Position numbers and translations under genes: made by a program
Assembly: GCA_017503285.1 (NCBI GenBank)
Contig: JAFVTH010000022.1
Coordinates: 4,749-68,748, forward strand
DNA: 64,000 bases
From: Clostridia bacterium
GTDB lineage: Bacteria; Bacillota; Clostridia; Oscillospirales; CAG-272
Direction of reading: 5' to 3'
Notes under the pieces: model-generated
What the model saw: only the letters and a program-made list of their open reading frames with translations
Told to the model about the DNA's origin: nothing
Databases searched by the model: none
Part shown: positions 1 through 8,300 of the stretch, one piece after another
Layout of the letters: each line of letters opens with the position of its first letter
How positions within the stretch are numbered: position 1 is the stretch's first letter

Positions 1-731
1 TCAAACTCCGGTCCGTCAACGCACGCAAATACAGTTTTGCCACCAACGCTAAGACGACAGCCACCGCACATACCTGTACCGTCAATCATAATCGGGTTCA
101 TTGATGCAACGGTTTTTATGCCGTACTCCTTTGTAAGCAGGCACACAAACTTCATCATTGGCAAAGGTCCGATGGTAATAACCTCATCAAACTTATGCCC
201 TGCCTCAATAAGCTCCTTAAGTGCATTTGTAACAAGCCCCTGCTTGCCTGCTGTGCCGTCATCTGTCATAAGCACAAAATTGCTTGACGCTTTCTTGAAC
301 TCGTCCTCTAAAATAACAAGGTCCTTGCTTCTGAAGCCACAAATTGCGTGAACCTCACAGCCCAAGCCGTGGAGCTTTTTGGCAACCGGATATGCAATAG
401 CGCAGCCAACACCACCACCAACAACGGCAACCTTTTTAAGCCCATCTGTATGGGTAGCCTTGCCAAGCGGACCAACAAAGTCACAAAGCGCCTCGCCCTT
501 TTCCATATGGGCAAGCCTTTCGGTTGTTGCGCCAACTACTTGGAAAATGATTGTAACGCTACCGCGCTTTCTGTCAAAGTCTGCTATTGTGAGAGGAATC
601 CTCTCACCGTCCTCGTGAGTACGAAGAATTATAAACTGCCCCGGCTCTGCCTTTTTGGCAACCAAGGGAGCTTCTATATCCATAAGCACAACCGTTGGGT
701 TGAGAACCTTTTTCTTAAGTATCTTGTACAT
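1..731 (-). CDS. FAD/NAD(P)-binding oxidoreductase subunit of the sulfide/dihydroorotate dehydrogenase-like (NfnA / ferredoxin-NADP+ reductase alpha) family; 3' end runs off the window
   Basis: Absent from the ORF track because it is open at the window edge. Minus-strand translation from ATG 731..729 (GGAG 5 nt upstream) reads MYKILKKKVLNPTVVLMDIEAPLVAKKAEPGQFIILR...VAVVGGGVGCAIAYP...MIDGTGMCGGCRLSVGGKTVFACVDGPEF with no stop. It has a GGGxG fold and a C-terminal Cys cluster. Plus-strand ORFs 37..746 are shadow frames. Confidence 0.7.
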   Translation of the reverse strand, partial: MYKILKKKVLNPTVVLMDIEAPLVAKKAEPGQFIILRTHEDGERIPLTIADFDRKRGSVTIIFQVVGATTERLAHMEKGEALCDFVGPLGKATHTDGLKKVAVVGGGVGCAIAYPVAKKLHGLGCEVHAICGFRSKDLVILEDEFKKASSNFVLMTDDGTAGKQGLVTNALKELIEAGHKFDEVITIGPLPMMKFVCLLTKEYGIKTVASMNPIMIDGTGMCGGCRLSVGGKTVFACVDGPEF

Positions 732-740
732 ATCTACTCC

Positions 741-1577
741 TTATAGGTCGTAGGTAGCCTTTGAAAGCTTTTTGCTAAGCACCTGATAAAAGCTTCTTTC
801 TGCCACCTTGATAATTTTTGCGCATTTACTATGCTTCCTAATTCTAACCACGTCGCCGTCGTATATATCAATTGCGTTTTCGCCATCAATTTGGAGTGAT
901 GGGTTGCCAACCTTGGTAATGCTGTTTACGCTAACCTTGATTTCAAGAGTGTCGCCACCACCGATAACAATAGATGAACGCGGATAATATTTCGGAGAAA
1001 CAGGTGTTAGAACCATATTGTCCGCAGTCGGGGTCAAAACAGGTCCGCCGGCAGACATATTGTACGAGGTGGAGCCGGTTGGGGTTGCAACAATAAAGCC
1101 GTCACCAACTGCGGTTTGGGTAAGCGCACCGTTTATGTAAATCTCCAAGGAAAATGCCTTGAGCAAGGATGAACGATAAAACGCAGCCTCGTTAAGTGCA
1201 ACGAAGGAGCAAACCACCTTGTCCTCTCTTACAATCTCGCCCTCAATAAGAAGCCTGTTTTCAATGTTATATTTACCTTCAACAACGCTGGATATAGCTT
1301 CAATTGCTGTATCCGGATTACACTCGGTAAGATAGCCAAGGCTACCAAAATTAATGCCAAGCACAGGCGTGTTTACGGTACACATTTTTTTGCAGGCACG
1401 CAAAAGTGTACCGTCTCCACCAAGGACAAGAGCAAAATCTGCGCCCTCCCTTGGCATTTCATGCTCGGTTAGCACGGAAACCTCGTAGCCATTATTTATT
1501 AAAATTTCAGTTGCGATTTTAGAAAAGGAAACGCTTTGTTCTTTTAGGTAATTGGGTACTATAATTGCCTTCTTCAT
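741..1577 (-). CDS. nadK: NAD kinase
   Basis: 278 aa with LVLGGDGTLL and ATPTGSTSYN motifs. The stop lies 10 nt upstream of the next minus-strand gene. Confidence 0.9.
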   Translation of the reverse strand: MKKAIIVPNYLKEQSVSFSKIATEILINNGYEVSVLTEHEMPREGADFALVLGGDGTLLRACKKMCTVNTPVLGINFGSLGYLTECNPDTAIEAISSVVEGKYNIENRLLIEGEIVREDKVVCSFVALNEAAFYRSSLLKAFSLEIYINGALTQTAVGDGFIVATPTGSTSYNMSAGGPVLTPTADNMVLTPVSPKYYPRSSIVIGGGDTLEIKVSVNSITKVGNPSLQIDGENAIDIYDGDVVRIRKHSKCAKIIKVAERSFYQVLSKKLSKATYDL

Positions 1578-1654
1578 AGTAAATCCCCCTTAAACTGATT
1601 AATAAAAACATTTTAGCACGTTATATGCTATTTGTCAATTATAAAATAATATAA

Positions 1655-1678
1655 ATAAAAAAGGCGGTATAAACCGCC
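1655..1678 (-). terminator. Rho-independent terminator closing the cotJ operon
   Basis: Hairpin GGCGGT-ATAA-ACCGCC (1663..1678) followed by a T-run on the minus strand, 5 nt after the cotJC stop (1683..1685). Confidence 0.75.
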
Positions 1679-1682
1679 AATT

Positions 1683-1874
1683 TTATTTGTCAAATGCCGG
1701 GTTGTAGCCGTAGAAGTTCTTTGAATCCATATTGTCCTGTGCTATTCTTAGTGCGTCACAGAAGCGCTGATAGTGAACTACCTCGCGGGCACGAAGGAAC
1801 TTAATTGCGTCGCAAACATCCGGGTCGTCAACAAGCCTTAAAATGTTGTCGTAGGTTGTTCTTGCCTTTTGCTC
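1683..1874 (-). CDS. cotJC: cotJC 3' segment (C-terminal 63 codons of the spore-coat manganese-catalase-family protein CotJC), separated from its 5' segment by the 9.1-kb element
   Basis: Encodes EQKARTTYDNILRLVDDPDVCDAIKFLRAREVVHYQRFCDALRIAQ..., collinear with B. subtilis CotJC EEKARATYQWLIDISDDPDLNDSLRFLREREIVHSMRF. It has no credible start or RBS of its own. The TTG-initiated extension to 1910 in the ORF track lies in element DNA. Confidence 0.85.
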   Translation of the reverse strand, partial: EQKARTTYDNILRLVDDPDVCDAIKFLRAREVVHYQRFCDALRIAQDNMDSKNFYGYNPAFDK

Positions 1875-1900
1875 CGGTGCATTGTTACTAATGCAACCTA
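1875..1900. repeat. Element-side recombination arm (left junction), the inverted partner of 10935..10960
   Basis: cggtgcattgttactaatgcaaccta matches the reverse complement of 10935..10960 at 20 of 26 positions. It starts immediately after the TC dinucleotide at 1873..1874 and overlaps the recombinase stop codon (1898..1900). Confidence 0.7.
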
Positions 1901-3382
1901 AAAATTCCAAAAAATTGTAACGGGGACGATTTTTGTGCCCTTTACCCTTTTTTCAACTACTATTTTCTCAACAAGCATATCCACAAGCTCTCTTGTCAAA
2001 TGTGTCGGGTGTATATAACTATCCAAATTTAGCTCTTTTTCGCCTTTTTGGGTGGTTTTATAGACACGTCTTAGGCTTTTTTGCTCGTTTTCGATTTTTA
2101 TAAGCATTTGCAAAAACAAGTCCTTGCTAATTATTCCGTTTAGCTTATCCTCGTAAATTTGTCTGATTTTGTCCTCGTTTTTCTTAATTTTTTCTTCTGT
2201 GGTTTTGGTATGGCTAAGTGGTTTTATTTTTAACGAAAGCAGCCTTTTTTTGTCTAAATACCGGTCAAATATTTTGTTAAGCTCGGAAAGAACTGTTTTC
2301 TCCAAGCTATCAACCGATATAAACGAGCCTATGCATTCATTTTTAGAAATATAGTGAGTTGGGCATTTTAAGTATGTCTTGCCTTTTGACTTGGAGCTTT
2401 TTAGGGTATAGCCACAATGGGCACAGAAAACCTTTTTTGAAAATACACCTATTTCTCCTGCTTTTTGCGGTCTTGTTTTTTCTGAAAGCATTGCCTGAGC
2501 CTTTTCCCACACTATTTTGTCTATTATAGGTGGGTGGGTGTTTTTTACTATGTACCACCTGTCCCTTGGACGAGGCTTGTTTATCTTGCTTTTGTATGAC
2601 ACGCTGCCATACTTACCCTGCACCATATTTCCTATATACATTTGGTTGTTTAGAATCGATGAAATCGTGGAATACCGCCACAGGGTGCCACTTTTTTCAT
2701 TATTTGTCTTAAATTTTAGTCCCTTTTGTCTTTTGTATGATGAGGGGTTTGGCACACCTTTTTCGTTAAGTGTCTTTGCTATCTTGCTTTTGCCATAACC
2801 ACTGATATAAAGATTAAAAATCAGCCTTACTATCTCTGCTGCCTCCGGGTCGATTTTTAATTTTCCTCTTTCGTTTTCGTCCTTGAGGTAGCCATAAAGT
2901 GCAAAGGAGCCTATGTGTAAGCCGTTTTTCCTTTTAATATCAAACACGCTCTTTATGCTTTCTGACATATCCTCTAAATACCACTCGTTTACAAGCCCGT
3001 TTATTTGTCTTGCCTTTTTGTTGCCCTTTATTTCTGTATCTATGCCATCAACAATGCTCACAAAGCGAATGCCCCACAAGGGAAAAAGGTAGTGTATATA
3101 CCTTTCTACCAGCTCCATCTCCCTTGTGAAGCGTGACTGGGTCTTGCAAAGAATGATTTGAAAAAGTCCTTTCTTGGCATCCTCTATCATTTGATTAAAG
3201 GCAGGGCGATTGCGGTCTGCACCTGTATAGTCGTCATCGCTGTAGATTTTATATATTCCCCAGCCCTTTTTTTCTGCATAATCCCTAAGCATTTGCTTTT
3301 GATTTATAATACTTTCCGAGTCCTTTTCTTCTCTTTTATTCCTGTCCTCCTCGGAGAGTCTACAATAAATTGCGACCTGCAT
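1898..3382 (-). CDS. Large serine recombinase (resolvase/invertase N-domain + recombinase domain + zinc ribbon + coiled coil)
   Basis: 494 aa from ATG 3382 (RBS GAGGAAAG). Contains MQVAIYCRLSEEDRNK...SESIINQ (catalytic Ser motif), a conserved central recombinase region and a zinc ribbon CAHCGYTLKS..KCPTH. The track's TTG start at 3397 is less likely. Confidence 0.9.
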   Translation of the reverse strand: MQVAIYCRLSEEDRNKREEKDSESIINQKQMLRDYAEKKGWGIYKIYSDDDYTGADRNRPAFNQMIEDAKKGLFQIILCKTQSRFTREMELVERYIHYLFPLWGIRFVSIVDGIDTEIKGNKKARQINGLVNEWYLEDMSESIKSVFDIKRKNGLHIGSFALYGYLKDENERGKLKIDPEAAEIVRLIFNLYISGYGKSKIAKTLNEKGVPNPSSYKRQKGLKFKTNNEKSGTLWRYSTISSILNNQMYIGNMVQGKYGSVSYKSKINKPRPRDRWYIVKNTHPPIIDKIVWEKAQAMLSEKTRPQKAGEIGVFSKKVFCAHCGYTLKSSKSKGKTYLKCPTHYISKNECIGSFISVDSLEKTVLSELNKIFDRYLDKKRLLSLKIKPLSHTKTTEEKIKKNEDKIRQIYEDKLNGIISKDLFLQMLIKIENEQKSLRRVYKTTQKGEKELNLDSYIHPTHLTRELVDMLVEKIVVEKRVKGTKIVPVTIFWNF

Positions 3383-3479
3383 TTTTTCTTTCCTCAAGCG
3401 CCTTTATTTGCTCAATATACCATTTTGTAAGCTCCTGCTTTTTTAGCTCATTCTTGAAGATGTTTGTTACTTTTTCCAT
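3360..3479 (-). CDS. Hypothetical 39-aa ORF overlapping the recombinase start (possible directionality-factor candidate, or just 5' UTR)
   Basis: MEKVTNIFKNELKKQELTKWYIEQIKALEERKNAGRNLL. Its 3' end overlaps the recombinase start by 23 nt in another frame. No Shine-Dalgarno sequence is visible. A TAAAAT box ends 5 nt before the ATG, so only a leaderless mRNA would work. Confidence 0.2.
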   Translation of the reverse strand: MEKVTNIFKNELKKQELTKWYIEQIKALEERKNAGRNLL

Positions 3480-3504
3480 GTTACATTTTATGTTAGATAT
3501 GAAA

Positions 3505-3530
3505 GAAAAAAGACAGGAAAACCCTGTCTT
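3505..3530 (-). terminator. Rho-independent terminator of the STAND gene
   Basis: Minus strand GACAGG-gtttt-CCTGTC followed by TTTTTT, starting 6 nt after the stop at 3536. Confidence 0.75.
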
Positions 3531-3535
3531 TTTAA

Positions 3536-6500
3536 TTAATTTAGCTTTTCCTTTATCGTCTCTATAAGCTCTTGGATTTGCTTTTTTTGCTCCTGACAAG
3601 CAAGCTCAAGCACAGCTTCAGCCTCGCTATTAAACAATTGTAGATACTTTTTAGTGCCTTCGCTATCTATTTCATAAATTTGAATAAGCATTTCCCCGCA
3701 AGCGATTACCATATTGTGGCTTTGCGCTTCGTTTATTTGCGCATGCATCTTAGCAAGCATTATGACAGCCTCACAGGACTTGGTTCTTATATCTTCCTTT
3801 ATTAGCAAACCGTATTTATCTGCTGTGCCAACAAGTCTAACAGCATATTTTTCAGCAAGACGCATTTCCTCGCGCTTTAGTGCAAATTCAAGCCCCTCGT
3901 TGTAAGTATTTATAAGCTGTTCTAAGGCTTTATCGCTATTTGTTTTGATAACCAATAGCTCCATTGCCCTTGCTTTGCTTGCTATACAGCTTTGTCTTTT
4001 TTGCTTGTCGTGGAAATATTTACGTTTAGCATAGGCGTTCTTTAGTTTATCAAAGGTTTGTGCAAGTACATTGCAGTAATCCTCCGCCCCTTGCTCATCC
4101 ATAGCGTTTATAGTGCTTTCCACCTGTTCAAGGGCAAGCCTTGCATGCTTCAGAGCGTTAGGATAGTACATTTTTCTGTCATTTTCAGCTATAATTTCGA
4201 CAGTTGTTACAGCAAAATTAAAGGCTTTTTCTAAGTACTCCCACTCTTTTTCCTTATCTCCTGCATTTTTATATCCGTTTGCAATAGATAAAAGAATGTC
4301 GTAGACCTTCAAATCCTCATAGGTGCATTCTTCCCTTGCGTCGATTTCATATAGTTGTCCTATAAGATCAAGAATCTCCTCTTGCATATCTATGCCAAGT
4401 AGAGCTGTTTCCTTGTTTTCAGAGCTTGTGTATGCAGTTGCCATCTCAATCCTTGCATGTAATGGATAAAGAATTTTATCCTGCTCATCGGCAAAATCCA
4501 GGTTGTTTATTATTTCAAATGCCATTTCTGCCTCATCAAGGCGCTTTACATTTGAAGCGGCAGCTATCATTTCTCTGTAAATCTCGCTTTTTGCCTCTGG
4601 AGCAAGTATGCTTTTATCTCCAAGCATGCTAAGCATAGTGTCTGCTACATTTTCTAAAGCTTCCCTCTCGGCAATAATTGATACAGCTTCCTTCATGAGC
4701 TCAAAGCTATAATCGTATTTATCAGTTATTTTACAGAGTCTAATGATTTTTGCAAGCTTATAATTCATAAGTGCTATATCAAGTGGCTCTTCACCATCAA
4801 GTGCTTTAATGATTTCTCTTGCCCTTGATAAATAATCATAGGAATTTATGTAACTTGAAGAGCCATAGTATGTGCATCCAAGACGATAATATGTTATATA
4901 TTGTAGCTTTTTGTAAATATTATCATCAAAATCATTTACAAGCCCGTCTATAACTTGCCTTGCCTCCTTGCCTATCCTTTGGGCACGAAGATAGCCACGC
5001 ATAGTGTCGGTAAATATGCAAGCCTCCATATATCTTGCAAGAAGACAATATTTCGAAAGCCTTGATTCCTTGCTATTTTGACCTTCTAAAATTGCCATTC
5101 TTCTTTTGTAGGCTCTTTCTAACATTTCTCTGCCTTCATTACACTCAGAAATCATAAGAAAGCTGAGATTGCCAAAAATAGCGTTTTCATAATCGCAGTT
5201 TTGATAATCCTTTTCAAAGTTCTTTTCCTTGTCAAGACCAAAAACCGACCATTCAGTAGCTTCATTTTGACTATATTCAAATAGAGGTGACATGGCATCC
5301 ATCATCGCCTGGTCCCTATTCATAGCTCCACTTAAGTCGCCAAAATACATAAGTCCGATGACATTTATGCCTGCAAGAGCCTGCTTGCTTTTAGAGGTTT
5401 GGGTTTCGTCGCTTATTTTTTTATAAAGGCTTTTTGCCTTTTTATAGGCTTTTTTTGCATCATTATCCTTTATAGCGCCACCAAGCATTTTCGTAATTGA
5501 CGAAAAGATTGAAGCTTGGGAATCGTTTTCCTCGAACATACCCATACCGCACCTTGCAACCGCAGTGTTTACTATATCCTGATAAAGTGAGGCAAGCACA
5601 TCTTGTACCTCGTAGCTTACCACAGGCTTTGTGTCCATATACGCCTCAATTTCTTTGATTAGCTGGCTGGAAAAATCTACTTCAAGCGCGCTACTATACT
5701 GCTTTTCCTTTGACAAAATCGCACGCTCGGCAAGGGTCAATCTTCTATATATTTCCGCTTTTTTGATTAGATAACTTTCTTTTTCCAGATTTTTTTCATC
5801 AAGCAAAGCCACTGCCTTTAAAAAGTAATCCTTTGCGTTTTGACCTGCTTTTTGCTCACCCATACCGATGTAAGCCTCAAGCAAGGTATCCTTATCGTCG
5901 CTGTCTTCTAAAAGCTCAATTGCCTTTTGATAATATTCCGTTGCACACAAGCAATACTCTGTACCACTAAAGGTGTTATAGCCCTTTGCCACCCCAGTAT
6001 ATGCCCTTGCCAAGGCAGTTTTATTTTCCAGCCTCTGTGCATAGCTAACAGCTGTTTCATAGCTTATGCACATATCCTCCATTGAAAAGCCAAGGCTGAT
6101 TTCTGCACTTACATTTCCAAGTAAAATATAGGCATTTATCAAAAGCTCAAGCATTTTGTCATCCTGCGGCAATGATTCTATTAGCTTGATGCTTGCATAC
6201 AAGCTTCTCGCTCTTGCCTCAAGCTGGCTTTTTGTTTGTCCGAAATATGATGGTAATGTATTAACTAAGAATTCTAACACCTCATAGCTTGGATTTTCTT
6301 TGATGTAAGAGCAAAGCTCGTCAAGCCATACGCCCTCATCCTCCAAGCATTTTTCTGCTAAGGCAGATGCAACATATGAAAGCGATTCCTTGGTGGCTGA
6401 CACAATTTGCTCCACAAAGGATAATTTGTTATCAGCACAAATTGCGTGATAAGCACATTCTTGAGCCTTTAGTAAATCATCGTTTTCTAAGCTTGATATA

Positions 6501-8239
6501 TATTTCAAAAGCTGGGCGTGGATTTTACTCTTTTCCTCTGCGAGGGTATGGCACAAGCCCTGTCTAAAGCTACGGTGGACAAAGTCAACCCTACCATCTG
6601 CACGAATAAATAGTGAGTCTCTTAAATAGTGAATAAATGAAGAAAAATCAAGTCCGTTCCATTGGTCCTTAAGGAGAGCCTTTAGATCGCCTTGCCTCAA
6701 GCCATAGCGAGAAAAAGCAAGATATCTAGCACATTTTCCTATAAGCTCAGGGTTGATTCTTTCAGCTGAATCAAGAAACAGGCAAACGCTCATTTCCTCA
6801 AGGGTGTGTGGTACATTTTCAAGCAAGGATAATTGATGCTCCGTTATGGCTGACATACCATCACCAGCCTCACGAATACGCAAAAAGTCCTCCTCGTTCA
6901 TCATAACGAGGCGTTGCATTAACAAGTCAAGATAAAGTGGGTTTTTTGCCCCTGCTTTTCTCATAACGGCATTTTTTACCTCTTTGGAAAGCTCTCTGCG
7001 TCTTGCCTTTTCAATGCCTACTATTATTTCACCTATTTCTTCGTCGCTTGCGCATTTCCAAGTATATTTGGATAGGTGTGTGCTTGTCTTAAAATCGCTT
7101 GTGGCGGTTGAAACGAATTTTACATATTTTGATGTTTTGGTTGGAACAAAAATAAGCTGGTCACGGTTTTCGTCTGCTGAAAGCTGGTCAAGGCTATCTA
7201 CCAAAATAGCAACCATTTGCTTTTTAACTTGGCATTGGTTTGTTAAGAGGTATAGTCTATTTTTTAATTCCTCTATTGTGTTAATTTTTAGCTCTCTTGT
7301 AAGTCCAAGCTGTAATTCCAATGCTTCTACAATAACCTCTAAAACACCATATGCATTACTTGTTTTGGTGGTAAGAGACGAAAAAACAGGTATAGTTTTA
7401 TATCCCTTTTTCTCAAAAGCATCGTTATAATATGCCATTAGTGTGCTTTTACCACTTCCACTTTCGCCAAGAATTAAAGCGCCTGCATCATTTGCGTTTA
7501 TGTTTGAAAATAGCTTATCGGCTTCTTTCCTTTTTGCGTAAAAATGAGTTAGCTTGTCCTTGGCATATAGCCTATGCACCCTTAGTTCCTTTTCAATAGG
7601 AGTCAGGCTGGCTGTTGCCTGCCAGTCTGATTTTAGGATTGACAAAACATCCTCTGCCACCATTTTGGCAAAGGAATCTATTTGTGTAAGCTCATTATTT
7701 TCCCATTTTACCCTGTAGGTTTTTACAGAGCCACCACTAATTTTCATTATCCTTTGCTTAAGCTCCTTAAGCTTTTGATAATGATAGTCGTCCTCTTGCT
7801 TGTAAATATCAGGGATATCACCCTCGATTTCTCTAAAATAGAAAAGAGTTCGTCCGTTTTTTCTCTTTTCATTAAGAGCGCCATATTCTATTTCCAATGT
7901 GGTAACGCTCTTTTCCAAATCGTCAAGCTTGATACCATATCTTTTGGCAGCAGAGCCAACGATTTTTTCATCTGGAATCCAACCGTAGCGATATCCTAAA
8001 ATAACAACCATAGGTGGCTGACAATGGTCGATTTCGTCAAGGCAAACATTTAAAACCTTTGTTGAGCCTGCGTCACTTTCCATATCCTCGGTATTTACGC
8101 CCCAACGAAGGTCGCATATTTCCACGCTTTCCCCCCATTTTTTTGCTTCCTCATATAGAATAGGGAGAGTGATTTTTTGCAGAGCATCGCGCTCCTTATG
8201 CATATCCTTAAAGGTGCTTGATACAAATATTGTTTTCAT
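3536..8239 (-). CDS. NLR-like STAND NTPase: DUF4062-type N-terminal domain + NACHT-like P-loop NTPase + long TPR-like repeat region (1567 aa)
   Basis: The start is moved to ATG 8239 (GGAGG 8 nt upstream); the 25-codon extension in the track has no RBS. The N-terminus MKTIFVSSTFKDMHKERDAL...ICDLRWGV...CLDEIDHC..VVILGYRYGWIP matches the DUF4062 pattern seen at the N-terminus of NWD1-type NACHT proteins. Walker A is GESGSGKST (7442..7468) and Walker B is MVAILVDSLDQL (7181..7216, like the NACHT DGxDE motif). The C-terminal ~1100 aa are helical TPR-like repeats (for example ARAYTGVAKGYNTFSG..YYQKAIELLE). Confidence 0.75.
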   Translation of the reverse strand: MKTIFVSSTFKDMHKERDALQKITLPILYEEAKKWGESVEICDLRWGVNTEDMESDAGSTKVLNVCLDEIDHCQPPMVVILGYRYGWIPDEKIVGSAAKRYGIKLDDLEKSVTTLEIEYGALNEKRKNGRTLFYFREIEGDIPDIYKQEDDYHYQKLKELKQRIMKISGGSVKTYRVKWENNELTQIDSFAKMVAEDVLSILKSDWQATASLTPIEKELRVHRLYAKDKLTHFYAKRKEADKLFSNINANDAGALILGESGSGKSTLMAYYNDAFEKKGYKTIPVFSSLTTKTSNAYGVLEVIVEALELQLGLTRELKINTIEELKNRLYLLTNQCQVKKQMVAILVDSLDQLSADENRDQLIFVPTKTSKYVKFVSTATSDFKTSTHLSKYTWKCASDEEIGEIIVGIEKARRRELSKEVKNAVMRKAGAKNPLYLDLLMQRLVMMNEEDFLRIREAGDGMSAITEHQLSLLENVPHTLEEMSVCLFLDSAERINPELIGKCARYLAFSRYGLRQGDLKALLKDQWNGLDFSSFIHYLRDSLFIRADGRVDFVHRSFRQGLCHTLAEEKSKIHAQLLKYISSLENDDLLKAQECAYHAICADNKLSFVEQIVSATKESLSYVASALAEKCLEDEGVWLDELCSYIKENPSYEVLEFLVNTLPSYFGQTKSQLEARARSLYASIKLIESLPQDDKMLELLINAYILLGNVSAEISLGFSMEDMCISYETAVSYAQRLENKTALARAYTGVAKGYNTFSGTEYCLCATEYYQKAIELLEDSDDKDTLLEAYIGMGEQKAGQNAKDYFLKAVALLDEKNLEKESYLIKKAEIYRRLTLAERAILSKEKQYSSALEVDFSSQLIKEIEAYMDTKPVVSYEVQDVLASLYQDIVNTAVARCGMGMFEENDSQASIFSSITKMLGGAIKDNDAKKAYKKAKSLYKKISDETQTSKSKQALAGINVIGLMYFGDLSGAMNRDQAMMDAMSPLFEYSQNEATEWSVFGLDKEKNFEKDYQNCDYENAIFGNLSFLMISECNEGREMLERAYKRRMAILEGQNSKESRLSKYCLLARYMEACIFTDTMRGYLRAQRIGKEARQVIDGLVNDFDDNIYKKLQYITYYRLGCTYYGSSSYINSYDYLSRAREIIKALDGEEPLDIALMNYKLAKIIRLCKITDKYDYSFELMKEAVSIIAEREALENVADTMLSMLGDKSILAPEAKSEIYREMIAAASNVKRLDEAEMAFEIINNLDFADEQDKILYPLHARIEMATAYTSSENKETALLGIDMQEEILDLIGQLYEIDAREECTYEDLKVYDILLSIANGYKNAGDKEKEWEYLEKAFNFAVTTVEIIAENDRKMYYPNALKHARLALEQVESTINAMDEQGAEDYCNVLAQTFDKLKNAYAKRKYFHDKQKRQSCIASKARAMELLVIKTNSDKALEQLINTYNEGLEFALKREEMRLAEKYAVRLVGTADKYGLLIKEDIRTKSCEAVIMLAKMHAQINEAQSHNMVIACGEMLIQIYEIDSEGTKKYLQLFNSEAEAVLELACQEQKKQIQELIETIKEKLN

Positions 8240-8270
8240 ACAGATTCCTCCAAATGATGTCCTTATCTTA

Positions 8271-8299
8271 ATTATACAGGTTTTTTTCACATATTGCAA
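8271..8299 (-). promoter_or_regulatory. SigmaA-type promoter of the STAND gene
   Basis: Minus strand TTGCAA-17 nt-TATAAT, about 30 nt upstream of the RBS. Confidence 0.6.
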
Positions 8300-8300
8300 G

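Noticed and set aside
37-746. Plus-strand ORFs 37..351, 348..746 and 379..618, and minus-strand ORF 308..535.
   Set aside because: They are shadow frames of the minus-strand NfnA-like gene, which gives a continuous, motif-bearing translation across the whole interval.
1868-1871. Alternative crossover in a shared TGCT microhomology (1868..1871 and 10961..10964 region).
   Set aside because: Joining there puts the 3' segment out of frame (DLAAKGK...), so it cannot regenerate CotJC.
1878-1881. Alternative crossover in the 4-nt TGCA shared by both junctions (1878..1881 and 10954..10957).
   Set aside because: It is also in frame, but it would rebuild DLAA-DGAP-EQKAR, a 4-residue insertion inside the conserved AAE(Q/E)KAR motif. 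TGCA is simply part of the inverted-repeat arms (GGTGCAT on both). The dyad extends right up to the TC dinucleotide, and TC restores the canonical motif. Only junction sequencing can settle it.
1875-1910. The TTG-initiated N-terminal extension (MEFLGCISNNAP) of track ORF 1683..1910, as an independent 75-aa gene.
   Set aside because: It has no RBS, overlaps the recombinase 3' end, and the extension has no CotJC homology. The ORF is the orphaned 3' part of cotJC read through element DNA.
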